Under the pieces are notes generated by a model, which worked only from the letters and a program-made list of their open reading frames with translations, made no database searches and was not told where the DNA came from. The position numbers were made by a program, and so were the translations under genes. Shown in pieces: positions 23,922 through 37,900 of a stretch of 64,000 nucleotides of DNA; within the stretch, counting starts at the first letter, position 1, and the number at the start of each line of letters is the position of its first letter. Origin of the DNA: Ruditapes philippinarum (taxonomy: Eukaryota); NCBI RefSeq assembly GCF_026571515.1, contig NW_026862474.1, forward strand, positions 434,001-498,000, written 5' to 3'.

Positions 23922-24962
23922 ATACTGTTGTAAGGTCGAAAAGTGTGTCCGAAAATTATAACTGAAATTAAAGTCCCATCTATATGCCTGAAAAAAAGTG
24001 TCCACTATTTACCGTTAGAAGTAAGTCCAAAAAATTATTTGGAAAAAAAGCAAGCCTCTGAGTCATGTTTGAAAGAGAGTCGCATATATGTTTGTATCCT
24101 TTGCCCATCTGTCAAATTACTAAATGTGTTGATATTATGTTATGAATTATTTATTCAAAGTGTGTTTTAATGTATACACATTCGTATTACATAAGACATG
24201 TTAGTATTTTTAAGCATGTTGCTCAAATGTTCAATATTTTGAAATCACTGCCTGATTTTTGTTGCAGTTTTATTATATTATGTCATTATTTACATTCTAT
24301 TTTATTTTCCTGTATTCGACAGTACTAGATCCAGTGTTAACTGCTTTGGATACAGTCACAAAAACAATAGTGCTAAATTTTGATTCATTTTAGGACCAGT
24401 CATATCTGTTAAAGTATGAGTGACATAGAATGAATAAATGTGTATTTTACTTTCATAGCTAATGTATTTCTTGTGTATGTCTTCAACTTTCTTTTTAATT
24501 TCCCAGATATTAAAGAAGCGTGTCTCCTAACTTGTTTATTGTTATTATCTTTTTTCAATGAAAAAAAAACATTATGTGTAATAATATTGCCAAAAGTGCA
24601 ATCTTAGTGATGAGCCCCTGTCTATGACACTTAATGTCCACGAAAAATTATTTATAAGTCGTCAACATAAATCTGTAAATCCGTTCAAAATGTAACAGAA
24701 GTGTGGTGAATAAAATGGGATATTGCGTCAAAATTCAGAAAAGCTCTCACCTGGATTAAGAAAATGTATACATAAAAATTATGAAATAAAAAGGAAACGA
24801 AGTTTCAACTCCACTTAAAAGTCAAATACTATTGGAAATAACATGAAGATACCATTGCAAATACCTTTTAAAGTTATTTTCTTGAATTTGTCATTAATGT
24901 ATGCCTACAGGTTTCCTATTTCAGGCATGTAGTAACAAAAATCTGTGGGTCCATGATTAGAT

Positions 24963-25153
24963 AATTGAGCCGCGTCATGACAAAACCAACATAGTGCGTT
25001 TTCGACCAGCTATCAGTCCAGTTTCTCTACTTGCAATAGAGTTGGTAAGCGAACAGCATGGGTCCTGATCAGACTGCGCGGATGCGCAGGCTGGTCTGGA
25101 TCCATGCTGGTCGCAAATGCACTATGTTGGTTTTGTCATGACGCGGCTCAATT
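24963..25153. mobile_element. Palindromic MITE (family copy 1)
   Basis: Long TIRs TTGAGCCGCGTCATGACAAAACCAACATAGTGC ... GCACTATGTTGGTTTTGTCATGACGCGGCTCAA. Confidence 0.85.
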
Positions 25154-26312
25154 TAAGTCTTGCATTTGATTACAAGAACTCATCCAGATCCGATCTTGAA
25201 TATAAAGAAACAGAAGAATGTGAAGCAAGGTTGTCCAACTTGTATAAAAGCCTCAAGAATCTTTGCGTGTCTCGAATTGATATTAACTTTTAAAAAAAGA
25301 AATAACTTAGTTTTAAGCACCCCATATTTAAGTAAGCTTTTATAGACAGGTTATAAATAAATGTAAAAGATTTATATCCCAAGTCTGTCTAAATGATAAA
25401 GTACGGTTTGACTGCAAAAAAAAATGTGTGTTATTTTTCTTCAATTCACTTTTTATTTCAGTCTGTATTTGACACAGGTTAAAATCGGAGAAAATAAAGA
25501 TATTTTATTGATTATTCTAAACCACCGAGATATACCTTTTGTCCAAACGTGTATATGTCTTCTTAAGGTAAAAGGCTACTTACATATGCTTGCCTGATGG
25601 TGAGGATAAATAAATCAAACATGCATACAACCTGGGTACATAATTTCAAGCAATTTTGAATAATTGCTTTTAGTCTTATTAGGTAAAATACTACAGTGAT
25701 CGTTTTCAGGGCAAATAGTTTGAAACATTTAATATGCTTTGACGTCACCGCTAAATGACGTTGTGACAATGTTCGGACTGCGCAGTAAACGCATAATTCT
25801 TATTTACTATGCATGTTCTGGCCATAATGTGTTAAATTGTTAAAATTTCGTTTCCTTGTAAAGAGTATATATCACGCATTAATTATAGTGTTTGTTATAT
25901 GGAGTTTTGATAAATAGTATTGAATTTATGGCTCATTTCGCGTACTTCTGGATGCTCTGACATAAATAGCGTTTTTGTTGTTGTCCTGATTTTTCTTCTT
26001 TTTTTTTTCTTCTTTTTTTTCAGCCTTCTTATACAAAATTTCCATGTTAATATATTCAAACAGTTTTGATTACTACCGCTTACCGGATAAAACATAATAT
26101 TGCGCATGACGATGAGGTTCTAAGTACAATTCAAACTAATGGCCTATCTTGTCCTACTATCTGAACAACAATTAACGATGAACAACGATTAACATTCTTT
26201 TTTTTTTCTTTATTGGCATAATTTATATTAACATGAAGACAAATTTAATTCGAAAGACAATGTAGTTTTAGCAAAACAAGTAATGTACATATGTACATAT
26301 ATCTTATTGCAT

Positions 26313-28370
26313 CTAATTCATTTTGGCACTCGAGACAGCAAAGAATGTTTTAACATGTCCGTTGATTTGTTTTCTGCAGACAGGACATTTAACAAGAGCT
26401 GGTGCACATTGAGGGCAGCACACCATATGACCACAAGGCAGAAAGAGTACATCTGATTTCTTGTCAAGGCATATCTTGCACATACGATTTTCTTTAAGTC
26501 TTTGGTTCTCCTCCAGCAATGAGTCCAAGGGTTCTGAAAATATGTTTAACAAATATATTATAACTAGAATAGACATATAGACATGTTTAATAGTTTGTGT
26601 GTTTTTGAAGCAGTTAATTAAGTAACAATGTGTTACTATACTGACAATAGACAGTTAAGATAAGAAGACACCATGCCATTAAAACAAAGCAAAAGTTACC
26701 AATTTCTTCATTCGTAATACAATTATCGGTTTCATTCTTGTTGTCTTCTTTTTGATATTCAGCTGCTACAGACAAATTCGGATCGTCTTCGAGTGCAAAA
26801 AGTATTTCACACAAATCTTTGCCTTTGAAGTCATCTTTTCCTGTTGATGGATAAATGTTCAATTAAGTTACCCAAGTAATAGTTAACGGTATGTACAAAA
26901 TCTCGGAGTGCATTTGAATTATCTTTACATCAAAAGTAATTATATATTTTGCTTCTCACAATCACTTGCTGTGATTGCTGCAAAACAACCACATTTTCAA
27001 ATATGTAACTTAACGAATAATTTCCATATTTGCATAGTACAATTCTTTAACACTTTTGTGTATATAATATGTAATAGTACAAGGTCGTGTAGGTTAAAGT
27101 AACTACCATTAGTTTTCATGTATATCGCGATAGATTTTTCGACCATACTTTCTGTAAACCCCATTTGTAGACAGCTCTGAGCAGCATCACTATCCAAATA
27201 ATTTGTTGATGTTAAAGATGATGTATTAGTCTGAAATAAAACACAGAAATATCAGATCTATATTACATTCCAGGTGACTTATATGATTTCTAATTAGTAA
27301 CCCTTGTCAGTTTTATTGTACTTGCTTTTTAATACAGGAAACTCAAACAGTTGATTCTACATTATAAAAACATATTCATGACAAGCAATCTTGTGGAATT
27401 ATTGGAATTATCTGTTGCTTAATTAGAAATAGAAGAAAATGTATAAAAATGACAGATTATAAGCATAAGTTAAGGTATGTTTTACACATTTCGAATTTAA
27501 AAAAATGTCCACGCAATTTAGATTTATTTTTATTTTTAATATAAAGTCGTCGTAATATTTTCTGAAAAGCTCTTACCTTATTAACTTGTCCGTCTTCATC
27601 CGTTTTCTCACCTCGTCTAAGTTTATCTATGTAATCTTTGCCTTTCACCAACAGAATGTGAGGACAGTTGGGATACCATTTAGCATGCTCCTCCATAGGT
27701 ATATCTCCCTGCTCCCAATTTTTCAACCCACCACCGCAAAAATAACATCTTACACTGTCACCAACGCCTTTAGAAAAAATAGTTATAACATAGATTGTTC
27801 TTTCTGTCATTGTTTGAAATCTCTAGTATATTTATTTTATGCATGATGAATATATAAATGACAGTTCAAAAAATGTATGACGTCAGAAACATGAGTTTTC
27901 GTGTTAATTGATGAACACTGCTTAAGCCGGTGCTAGGGGGCGTGAACGGTAACTTGCACTTTCCATTACCGTCCATGAACAGGCTCAATCAAACCGGGCC
28001 TGCAACATTTTCAGTTTGTTTTTCTGTGCATTCCTTAGAGATTCTTTATTTCTCTCCAAATTACCTGTACGGAAGGGCGCATGAGGTCTTCATCCAACAG
28101 TTAAGCTGGAACATGGCCGTATGACCTATACAGTGCCGGTGTGACGTTAAATCCAATCAATCTAAAATACAAATTACCTGTGTATACCAATCCTGCCTCC
28201 ACTAGATCTGTCTTCTTAACTGGAATATATTCTTCCCATGTCTCAAACGACTCTAAACGTTTAGATGATACTGCGTATTGTGGAAACTTTGGCTTTTCCA
28301 CGTTGATGCCAAGTGCAGTGGGTGTTGGACGTGGTTTATTGTTAATGCCATTTGTTTCATTCTTAGACAT
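26313..28370 (-). CDS. Inhibitor of apoptosis protein, single BIR + UBA + RING (289 aa). Model: join(28370..28178, 27767..27577, 27230..27107, 26840..26700, 26533..26313)
   Basis: BIR: RLESFETW...EAGLVYTGVGDSVRCYFC-x16-H-x6-C. UBA: SCLQMGF. RING: CKIC...PCGHMVCCPQC...CPVC. All splice sites are canonical and in phase. An in-frame stop upstream of the ATG at 28370 argues against a further N-terminal BIR via the acceptor at 28404. Confidence 0.93.
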
Positions 28371-30844
28371 AGTATATACATGTTAAACACATGCACGAAA
28401 GCTCTGAAAGGAAATGTACAAAGTAACAGTCATTTCGATTACTTCAACAATAACAAATGAATTACCTGAACTCGAACCCTTGACCTGGAATCTGACATCG
28501 GAATCAGCAAATCTACCAACGAAGCTACACATCGATAAATATCATACAAAATGTTATACAGTTTTAGCCGTGTGAATGAAGAGTATGTACATTTGTACAA
28601 TATTAATATTACTCATATTTAAATTGACATAATACAACAAAGTTTTAGATAACATCATTTGAGATAAAAACAAAATCTTCAATAAATATACCCTTTTTTA
28701 CAAGATCATGTACGAACGTTTTTAATAAAACATTATATATGCAATAATTGAAAACATAGTTTTGCTAAATAGTTCACAAAAGGAATTCTAAAAATTTCTT
28801 TTAAGTTATATACAAACTATAAAATAAATAGTTTTCTTCCTACTTATTCCAAAGATTGTAACCGTCTCATTTATTCTACAGATCGCAGTGTCATTAAATA
28901 GATTGTTCAGAAATATTCAACGCAATAAATGATTTCAACGGAATTGAAAATTCTGGTATTCTTCCTATAATTGCATAGGCAGAAAAGATAAACGCGGTAA
29001 ACCATCCTTAAAATCAAATACCAAAGGGCTATTTACCATGAATAATAGTTACCTGGTGGGTGATACAAAGGTGAATAAGTATAAGTAAAAATAAAGCATT
29101 TATAATTATATCTAGTTTCAGAGTAATCATTTTACGTCGTAGGTTTAGCTATAATAATTATTTATAACATATACGTACATTACAACGGCATGTTGTATTT
29201 TTTGTAAAATCTTAAATAAATATTATTTACTGCTGTATTTCCATATCCTTAATCATTATTTTTTATTTTAATGAGTGGGCGAGTTGACGATTTAAAGCGC
29301 ACATAAATGATTTAATATTATAATATATTCTTTTAATACTAACATTAAATGACATTTTACTTCTACATTTAGATATTTTTTATCTTTATCATTTAAAAAA
29401 TGCGTCTCTTAAATAAAGCGTAAAGTAATAAGACTTTTAAAAAAGGATGTAAATTGTATTTAAATATACTCCAATCTTCCTGTTTATAAACACACAGTTG
29501 CGTTATGACTGTGTCACATGTAACTTAATTTTATTCTATCTACTTATATCTCTATAATGGTAACAATAAGAGTAACATAAGTAAAGATGCCATCATTCAA
29601 TCATTTATAACTAATAATGAGTCATAAAAAAGAAAAAAATACAAGTCTCATATTATCTAAATGACTTTTAAGTTATTTAAAGTTTTACGTAGATGTAATT
29701 TTCCCGTGACTTGCTATTTTTAGAAAATTAGAAAATTACTAATTTTAGCAACTGACGTTTAAAAGCTATATATAGATAGACGCAATGCATAAATAAGAAA
29801 GATGTTGTATTTTACAAAATATAAACATTCGTCTTTTACTCAATGTAGACTAATTTGTATAAATACCATTTACCAAGCAGATGAATTAATATTATAGCGA
29901 TACAGGTACTTTATTTGTTTTTAAGTCCACGCGTTCTATTTCGTTAGTCAATAAACAAGGTCACGTCAATTTACAATTTTTTCAAATGTATGGAAGACCG
30001 TTTATGTAAAAATTGAGATAGGTATACGTTTTGTTTTTGCTTGCTTTTAGGACAAAGTCTTAGTAGGTATTAATTAAACGTTTTTGAAAATCCAAATTTT
30101 AAACTTAGTATTTAAAACTTAATCATTATTTCTACATCTGATATGTTTACTAGTCCAAAATATTTTGATAACATGAATATCTGTAGATGAAATCAATATG
30201 AGTGAATGTACATTTTACATTATTTTTTGATTTTGTTGAAAAGAAGAAAATAATTTTCAATGGAAGAAGCCCTTGCCGTAAAAAGCTTTCTAAACAGCTC
30301 GGGTTTGGGCAGAGTGAGATCCGTTGACTTGATTAATAATTTTCTATGAATTGATATTAGGATATATTCTTGCATTGTTCGCCACACATGCAAAGAAATT
30401 AAACAATGGTCCCTGATAATTTAGTTGTGTCAGCAAATCTATAGACTATGTATTTCCTTACTTCTCACATCTTTCCCTAAAATGACAAATATTCAAGACA
30501 CTGACAAAAGTGACAAAATATTTAAGACACTGACAAAAAGTGACAAAATATTTATGACACTGACAAATTGCTTGCATGATTTTAATACATATAAAACACC
30601 AGATGTCCTGTTCAGATTTATTTTAAGTAATCAGGGTAGCGTAAGAAACAGTAAGAATATCGTAAATTCTTTTGTTTGATTAACAAGTATTTGAGTTTAT
30701 CTCACTGTATTAAGGAGATCCCTAGAATGATAATTTAGGACAAAATATAGTGAACTTTGTCAGTTTGACACACTGATATATCGAAATGTAAAATAACGTA
30801 ACATCTTAATTACTAATTCTTTTAATTCATTTGTTATGATTCAG

Positions 30845-33800
30845 GTCCAGGTGGTAGAGTGCAATTCGGTGGCAAGAGAAAGAGGCTTGAAAACACCTGT
30901 TTTCGAAAATACGGATAACAGTTCACGTTATTTTGCTTTTAGACAAACAGACCGTTGACTTACAAATGCAGTGTAACCAAGACGTACCTAAACATCAAGA
31001 AATGGTAAGACGATTGTTTGTTACTGATGAGTCATGTGATATTTATGTGACATGCTTGGATATATCAACTTTGGGATCATAGTATTACTATGCAACGTAT
31101 TTTATTATTCATGCTATTGCACATTGAAACTCCAAGCAATGCCTTTAGTAGGTAATTGGTTTACTTGCTTGATATTTATTACTATTATTCGGACAAATAT
31201 TTTTACGTTTTATGACGAAGGTTTTACAAATGTTATTATATTTTTCAGACATTTAAGTATTGGCGATAACAAACCGATTAATTGGACAAAATGAGTGACG
31301 AATGACCTTGACCTTCGTTGCAATGTTTAAAGAACAATCTTAGTAATAGGTAGTAGCCTTATATTCCATGATCAATCATTTCCTTGACCTATTTTAAAAC
31401 ATGCTGATTAGATAAAAAAAATGAAAACAGTGCAAAAATGTTGAATATAATAATATTGTCAATGAAGTTTTTTTTTTATAAAATAAAGTTTAAAATATAA
31501 AAAACAGTCGTGGATAATGATATTGTCCCTGTTGAAATAACTATGATATACAGACATGCACCTATTTCATTTGACCATTTATTTCACAGCATCCAAAACT
31601 GCGTACGCGTCCGCGTTTTTATGCATTTGTTTCTACATATGGTGAGTTTTAAATAAAAGCATTACCGAGGAGTCCTCATTTCAACTTTCAATATCTTATA
31701 TTTGTATCTAGAAATCCATTGTTATCCCCCAGTGTTTTTCATTCATTTTAAATGCACTGGAAAACATTCAGTTATCATTGAAAATATGTCATTACTTTTA
31801 ACGCATGAACATCAAATACCCAATTACATGTGATAAACACGAACTATTAAGTTTAGCCTTATTTCAGCCAAGTAAAGGTATGATATAAATGATTTATTTT
31901 TTTAATATTATTTTCATTATGTATCGAAAGGTAACGCACAAAAACGGGAAAAAACCGTGAATTTTTTTTATAAGAGTCAATTATAAGAATTTGCTTCCCT
32001 TAAATTGGACGCATAGACTCGACGTCCGTCATATAACTCAATTCGATACTTTTTATTGTTCCTGACTAAATAACCTTTTTTAGATACCTGACAGGTACTA
32101 TTACATAATTAAGTTTAAGTTATTGATGGCACAAACGAGTAAAGGGTATTAATTTCGCCGTTTAGAACCTGCAAAATAACAAAACTTGAGATGTTTATAC
32201 ACATATAAAACAATCATGCACATCATAAACATTCGCATATGAAGGATCTATGATAAATGATTTAGACTTATAGGAGCAAGTATGCTAAACTAAAATTACA
32301 TAATATATATAAATCTAAAAACAAAAATAAAATAAAAGATCTTGATAATATTGCATGTGTTTCCTATTAGATTTTTTCAGTTCGAATTTAGACTTGTTTA
32401 GATTTTATCTTTCGCCTTGTATATATTTTTAATTTTGAATAGTTCAACTTTTTCCTAAAAAAGTGTTAACATATTCTGCAGCCTGATGAAAATTGGGACT
32501 TTATTACGTAATGGTGATAAAGTTATTGTTTTCTTATAGAATTGTATACCTTTCACTCATTGTCTAGAGTTGTTGTTTTACAGATTGTTGAAGAATCTGA
32601 TCTTCCATCAGAAGTAAACCAACTTGAAAGTGTTGCTGCTCAAAGTTGTTTGGAAATGGATTTTACAACAGAAAATGTATCTAAAGCAATTGATACTTTC
32701 TATGAAAGAAATGGTAATTAATTGTAAAGCATATACATGTATCTTTATAGTCTAAAAATGCATACTCTAAACATTTATATGGGGCCTGTAATTGAAGTGG
32801 CGAATGGCCTTTCGTAGTTAAGTTGTGACGTGTTTTGATTTAATTTGATTTTATTTTACTATCTCATTAAATGTATGTGTTTATTTGTCGAGAGTGTGTT
32901 TATAAGCTTATAGCTTTCTGCACGATTGAACTCAAATCAGACATGTATAAACGAATGTTCCAATTATAAAAAACATCCTTTTGTTAAAGATCAATAAATG
33001 AAATGTTTGCATGAACCATAACTTATAAAATATACATTTATTTATTTATTCATTGGTGTATAAAGGTGACTATAACTTCAAAGCAAAAGATTTGTGTGAA
33101 ATTTTGCTAGAAGAAGAACAACAACATGATAAGTGTGTACCAGACAAAGCGGAGATCACAACTATTTCCGTGCAACCGACCGATGGCCACGATATGGACC
33201 ATGCAGGTATAATAATTGAAAGTCATTTGTTTTATTAATTTTATCAATTGTGAGTTAAAACGTGACAGTATTTATATCCATATAGAATAGTATGAATTCT
33301 ATTAACTTTGAATGAAATCATGTCTGTATCTGTCTGTGTTAATATATATTACTTATTGAAAGTACCACTTATGCATTTTGGTTCCAGTTATATAAAAAGG
33401 TAAAGTACACGTATCGTAAAAAAGTGTTTTATTTAGCAAACAGATCGGGTGAAAATTATATTTTAAAAAACCTGCCATTACAAATCAACGTGTTCTTCAG
33501 GTGACGAGAGTTACGCGACGCTTGATAAAATGGATACCGTGTTCCAAGTTTTTAAATATTTCTCTAAAACAGGGACGTTTCTCTCTGTCGATATTCTTCA
33601 GAAATGATAAAGTATGAAAAAAGGGTGTTTGTTCGTTTTATCGTTAAACACCATTTGAACATAGAAATGCATTTGTTTTGGATATTTAAGTCTATTACAC
33701 AGATATTTCTAAAAATAAAACACAGACACTACATAACTTACATGTACAAGCTATATAAAACTAACATTCATTATGACCTCAAACCTCTTATTATATATTT

Positions 33801-34210
33801 TCATTATAAATGTTGCTCATATTTTGCCTTAGAGATGATGTTTTTAAAAAAATATTTCGAAATGCCGTTTCATTTTTTCCTTAATTTTGAAAATATGTTT
33901 AATATACTAAGATAAGAAAGCCATTCTTCTCCAAAACATTTTTGTCATTAAAGATATATCATTTGCAATTTCAGATTTGAGCTACATCATGTTTGATGAA
34001 TGTCAAATGTGTAAAATGTGCGATATAGATCATCTGACATTCATAGCATATCATCATTTATACAACTGTCATCAATACTCCCCTTGTCATATCATCTACA
34101 TGATTATTCTGAAAGGATTTAGAAGAGTTTGGGAGTATTTTATACATTTGCTCATACTCCCACAGCGCATAATTATGCTTTTGGGACGTTTGTGTTGCAT
34201 TTACATTTGA
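30845..34210 (+). pseudogene. IAP-derived gene C (relic BIR exon, UBA, degenerate RING); start not resolved; pseudogene or divergent gene
   Basis: Exons: 30845(or 30943)-31004; 32584-32713 (LESVAAQSCLEMDFTTENVSKAIDTFY); 33066-33206 (141 nt, FKAKDLCEILL); 33975-34210 (CKMC...AYHH..NC). The full 30845-31004 exon needs a 1-nt frameshift correction, whereas the internal acceptor at 30942 keeps the frame. Confidence 0.7.
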
Positions 34211-35994
34211 CACCCTCGTACAGCATCAACGAGGGCAATGGTAATTTGTGTTTAACATGTGCTATATAAATATGTTTGAATGCACTCGTAAATTGGTTGG
34301 AGTGACTAGTGTATACGGAATGTTTCAAGTACATAAGTAAATGAACAGTATGCTTCGTGTCTAATACAAACAAGCATACGTTTTAATGAAGAATTTATAT
34401 AATTAAAATTGGTGATTTAGATGTGTTTAATAGATATGTTTGAATGTACTACAGTGACTAGTGTATACATGCTTCAAGTAAATAAGTAAATGAACAGTAT
34501 GCTCCGTGTTTAATACAAAAAGCATACCTTTGAAGTATAATAAAATATTAATGAATTATTAATATAATTGATAATTTGTTTTTGCTCTCAGCTCTCAGTC
34601 ACATACATTTTATTGGTAAATGAGAATTTAATTCCCTTTAGGAGTAGAAATCTACAAAAGTAAAAATAGTAAAAGTGTCGGAAAGCAGACTCGAATAGAA
34701 TGAGTCTGTTCATACAAGATAGTTAGAGGCGCAATGTCTCTCGCGCAACCTAGCACAGGCTTAAACAGTGTATTGTAATGTATGGTCTCAAAAATGATAT
34801 TAAATAACACTGAGACGAGTAAATTGCAACTTTTGCAGCCGCCACACTGCAATATGTATCAGACTTATTAAACTACAAAATCAATGAACCATGGAAATTG
34901 TATTGTAAAATCTAATGATATCAAATTGTGTTTTTTGACTAGAAAGTATTGATACCTGCTGTAGGAAAAGATCCAGACATAAGTTTTATCACACGTGCTT
35001 TTTGTTTGTTTTTCTTTGCAATGCAATGATAAAAAAATGATAATCAAATGCTGCCAAACAAAGATATATAAAAATGGAAATGAAAATGAAATGAAATACC
35101 GTTGTACACATGTACTCTGATTTTCTTATTGTTCGCCACAAACTGTATGAATGTATTGTTTTAAAACATAAAGAAATGAAATAAGTATTTCATAAAATTC
35201 TATTTTCTGCAGCAGACAAATAGTTTAAAGCTAAGAAAATCTTTTTTTAATGAGTACATACATAGTCCGCAAACGTGACATTGCGAAATAAAAATACTGA
35301 AATGTTTTTCACATACATGTACTCTCTGAAATAAAAAAATGGACACGTTTTGTTATAAAAAAGGGTTTTCATAGATGGTAAGCTAAAATGTTTTACCCGA
35401 GTTTTTCATGTAAACAAGATGATTTTCTTCGTCTGATTGTATTGTCTAGATACGTTTGCTTTAGTTACCATTCTACAAGTCAGTCATGCCAAAATCAAAA
35501 TTAATCTATGAACTATCATTTGAATAATCGTTGGCAACTGCTTCATTTTGATCAGAAGTATCAATGAACTTTTCAAAACGATCTCATTGTTTATATATAC
35601 TTGTATCTCTAAAATCTCTCTTTCACTGATGCTTATTAAAAGGTTTTTCATGCTTCTAGTTATATATTTTTATCAAAAAGCTTCTGAAAGTGGAAGAAAA
35701 TCAATCAATGACCGTATATACAAAATACATGCGTCAGAAAAAAATGAACACATCATATCGTTATATCATTTTAGGAACATGAAGGATAAAAGCCTACTGC
35801 TAAATGTGTTATAGACATCAACAATATTGATAAGCATATGTACATTTTCTTGGTTATAAACATCAACACACGAATTTATACATTTTAAATTCAGTTGCAT
35901 TTATACGAACTACTTAGCAAAAGAAGTATTATTCTTAAGAAAATTGGATTTAGCTGTATGAGAATTGATCATTTACTGCTTGACAATATAATAA

Positions 35995-36233
35995 TTGAGC
36001 CGCGCCATGACAAAACCAACATAACGGGTTTGCGACCAGCATGGATCAAGACCAGCTTGCGCATCCGCGCAGTCTGATCAGGATCCATGCTGTTCGCTAT
36101 CAGTTTCTCTACTTGTTTTAGGGTTTGTAAACAACCAGCATGGATCCTGATCAGACTGCGCAAATGTGCAGACTGGTCTGGATCCATGCTGGTCGCAAAC
36201 GCATTATGATGGTTTTGTCATGGCGCGGCTAAT
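35995..36233. mobile_element. Palindromic MITE (family copy 2)
   Basis: TTGAGCCGCGCCATGACAAAACC ... GGTTTTGTCATGGCGCGGCT, with internal inverted CCAGCATGGATC blocks. Confidence 0.85.
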
Positions 36234-36756
36234 ATGTAAAAGATGTTCATATGTTATTCACAAGCCGGCTGAATCGATTTCACCTATTTTAGAATGCTCT
36301 GAAGGTTTAGATTTATTAACTACGCACGAATTTTGTGAAGTTTTTTGTTTTCCGACCAAAAAGAAAACACACGACTTTTTAAATTTGTAACTGATATCCT
36401 GAGGATTAAACTTCAATTTTACTTTGCTGTAAATATTCAAAAAAAAAACCCGACACATGTTCGTGACATTCATTGGATGTATCCATTTAAATGGCATAGT
36501 TGGTTATTTCATGCTGGCAAAATATTTTGGTCAATTTATACTAGCATGAAATAGTGTTTGTGTCTCATGTTCAAGTCTATATGCTTAAATAGAGCTTCAA
36601 ATTTAACCCAATTGCCTGAAAATGATGCCTTTTTGCGTACACGATACTTATAAATAAATACGGAATTAAAATTAATTTCAGGGAAAGGAAAGAAATTAGT
36701 CTTTATGTGAAAATGTGGAGTCAGTAATACACGACGTACAGGTCAAAATAGGAATA

Positions 36757-37050
36757 AAGGAGAGTTAGGGAGTATTTGATACATGTGTGCATACTCCCAT
36801 AGCACATCATTATACTTTTGGGGCGTTTGTGTTGCATTTACTTGTGACACCTCGTACTTAATTAACGAGGGCAATGGTAATTGGTGTTAAAGATGTGTTT
36901 TATAGATATGTTTGAATTTTTACTTATATACTGGTATTGTTTTGAGTGCATTGTGTGTTACCTTCATATGTATATAATGTTGCAAGTACATAAGTAAATA
37001 CATCTTATAAGTTGTGCTTAATGCAAAAGCATACCTATAAATTGAAGTAT
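36757..37050 (+). pseudogene. Duplicated remnant of the last exon/3' region of gene C
   Basis: Colinear similarity to ~34120-34540 (gggagtat...atactccc, ttttggg.cgtttgtgttgcatttac, acgagggcaatggtaatt, caagtacataagtaaat, aagcatacct). Confidence 0.7.
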
Positions 37051-37900
37051 AGATTTTTTTACAGTACGATTTTTCCATAGCAACGTATGTTGCATTTCGC
37101 GCATGCGCATTCTGCGTAGGGCAAAAAGGCAATAATTATAGAATACATTTAAGCGTACTAAAAGGCTTTAAAATGCGTGATTTCAAGTTATGTCACCCAT
37201 AAAAAAGATATTTTGGGATGAATTAAAGCGGCAAGTACTTAAAACGTGAATTGATATTTATAACGGATATACAAAATTAGCGGGACTTATAATTCAACGA
37301 CCAAAATTCCTCTGTTCAAGGTATCATTGGATGGCTTTTTCATCAGTACTTTAAAGTTAAAACAGCAGGGTGTTAAATATCAAACTTTGTTACCCAAGTA
37401 TTACATAATGTTACACAGTAGGTATTCCTTTGAGAATGGATTGGCAAGGCGGTAAGTGTCAAACAGATTGACACGTGACCGGATGTTATTTCTAATATCA
37501 TTCAACCGGTTTGTTTTAGTACCACAACTGATGAAATGATCGCTAAACATGCAGTAATGTGTCGCAAAGGTAGCACAAATGCACACCAAGTAGTATTTTG
37601 ACCTCCATAATAAAAACTGTACAATATAATTATATTAATTGTCAACAGAGGTTTAGTTGCAAAAGATATACCATGTATATGGCAAATGAGCAAAATGTTA
37701 TCTCATTTAAGACGTTATATTTTTCCTAGTCGTATACCGATTACTTTGTAGGAGTCTACACTATCTAAATATTTATTATGCAATTATCCCAGTTTGTACC
37801 ATTTTAGCACTTGCACTTTTGTATCACAACAATAGGATAAAATAATCACATATAATATTCGGGCTAGAAAGGGAAGTGCTGGATCAACGTTGACAAACAG

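Noticed and set aside
29881-29905. First coding exon of gene C (ATG...ACA G|gtactt)
   Set aside because: An in-frame TAA occurs at codon 3, so it cannot be supported as coding.
35969-36390. Short ORFs such as MDPDQSAHLRSLIRIHAG
   Set aside because: These are translations of the palindromic MITE.
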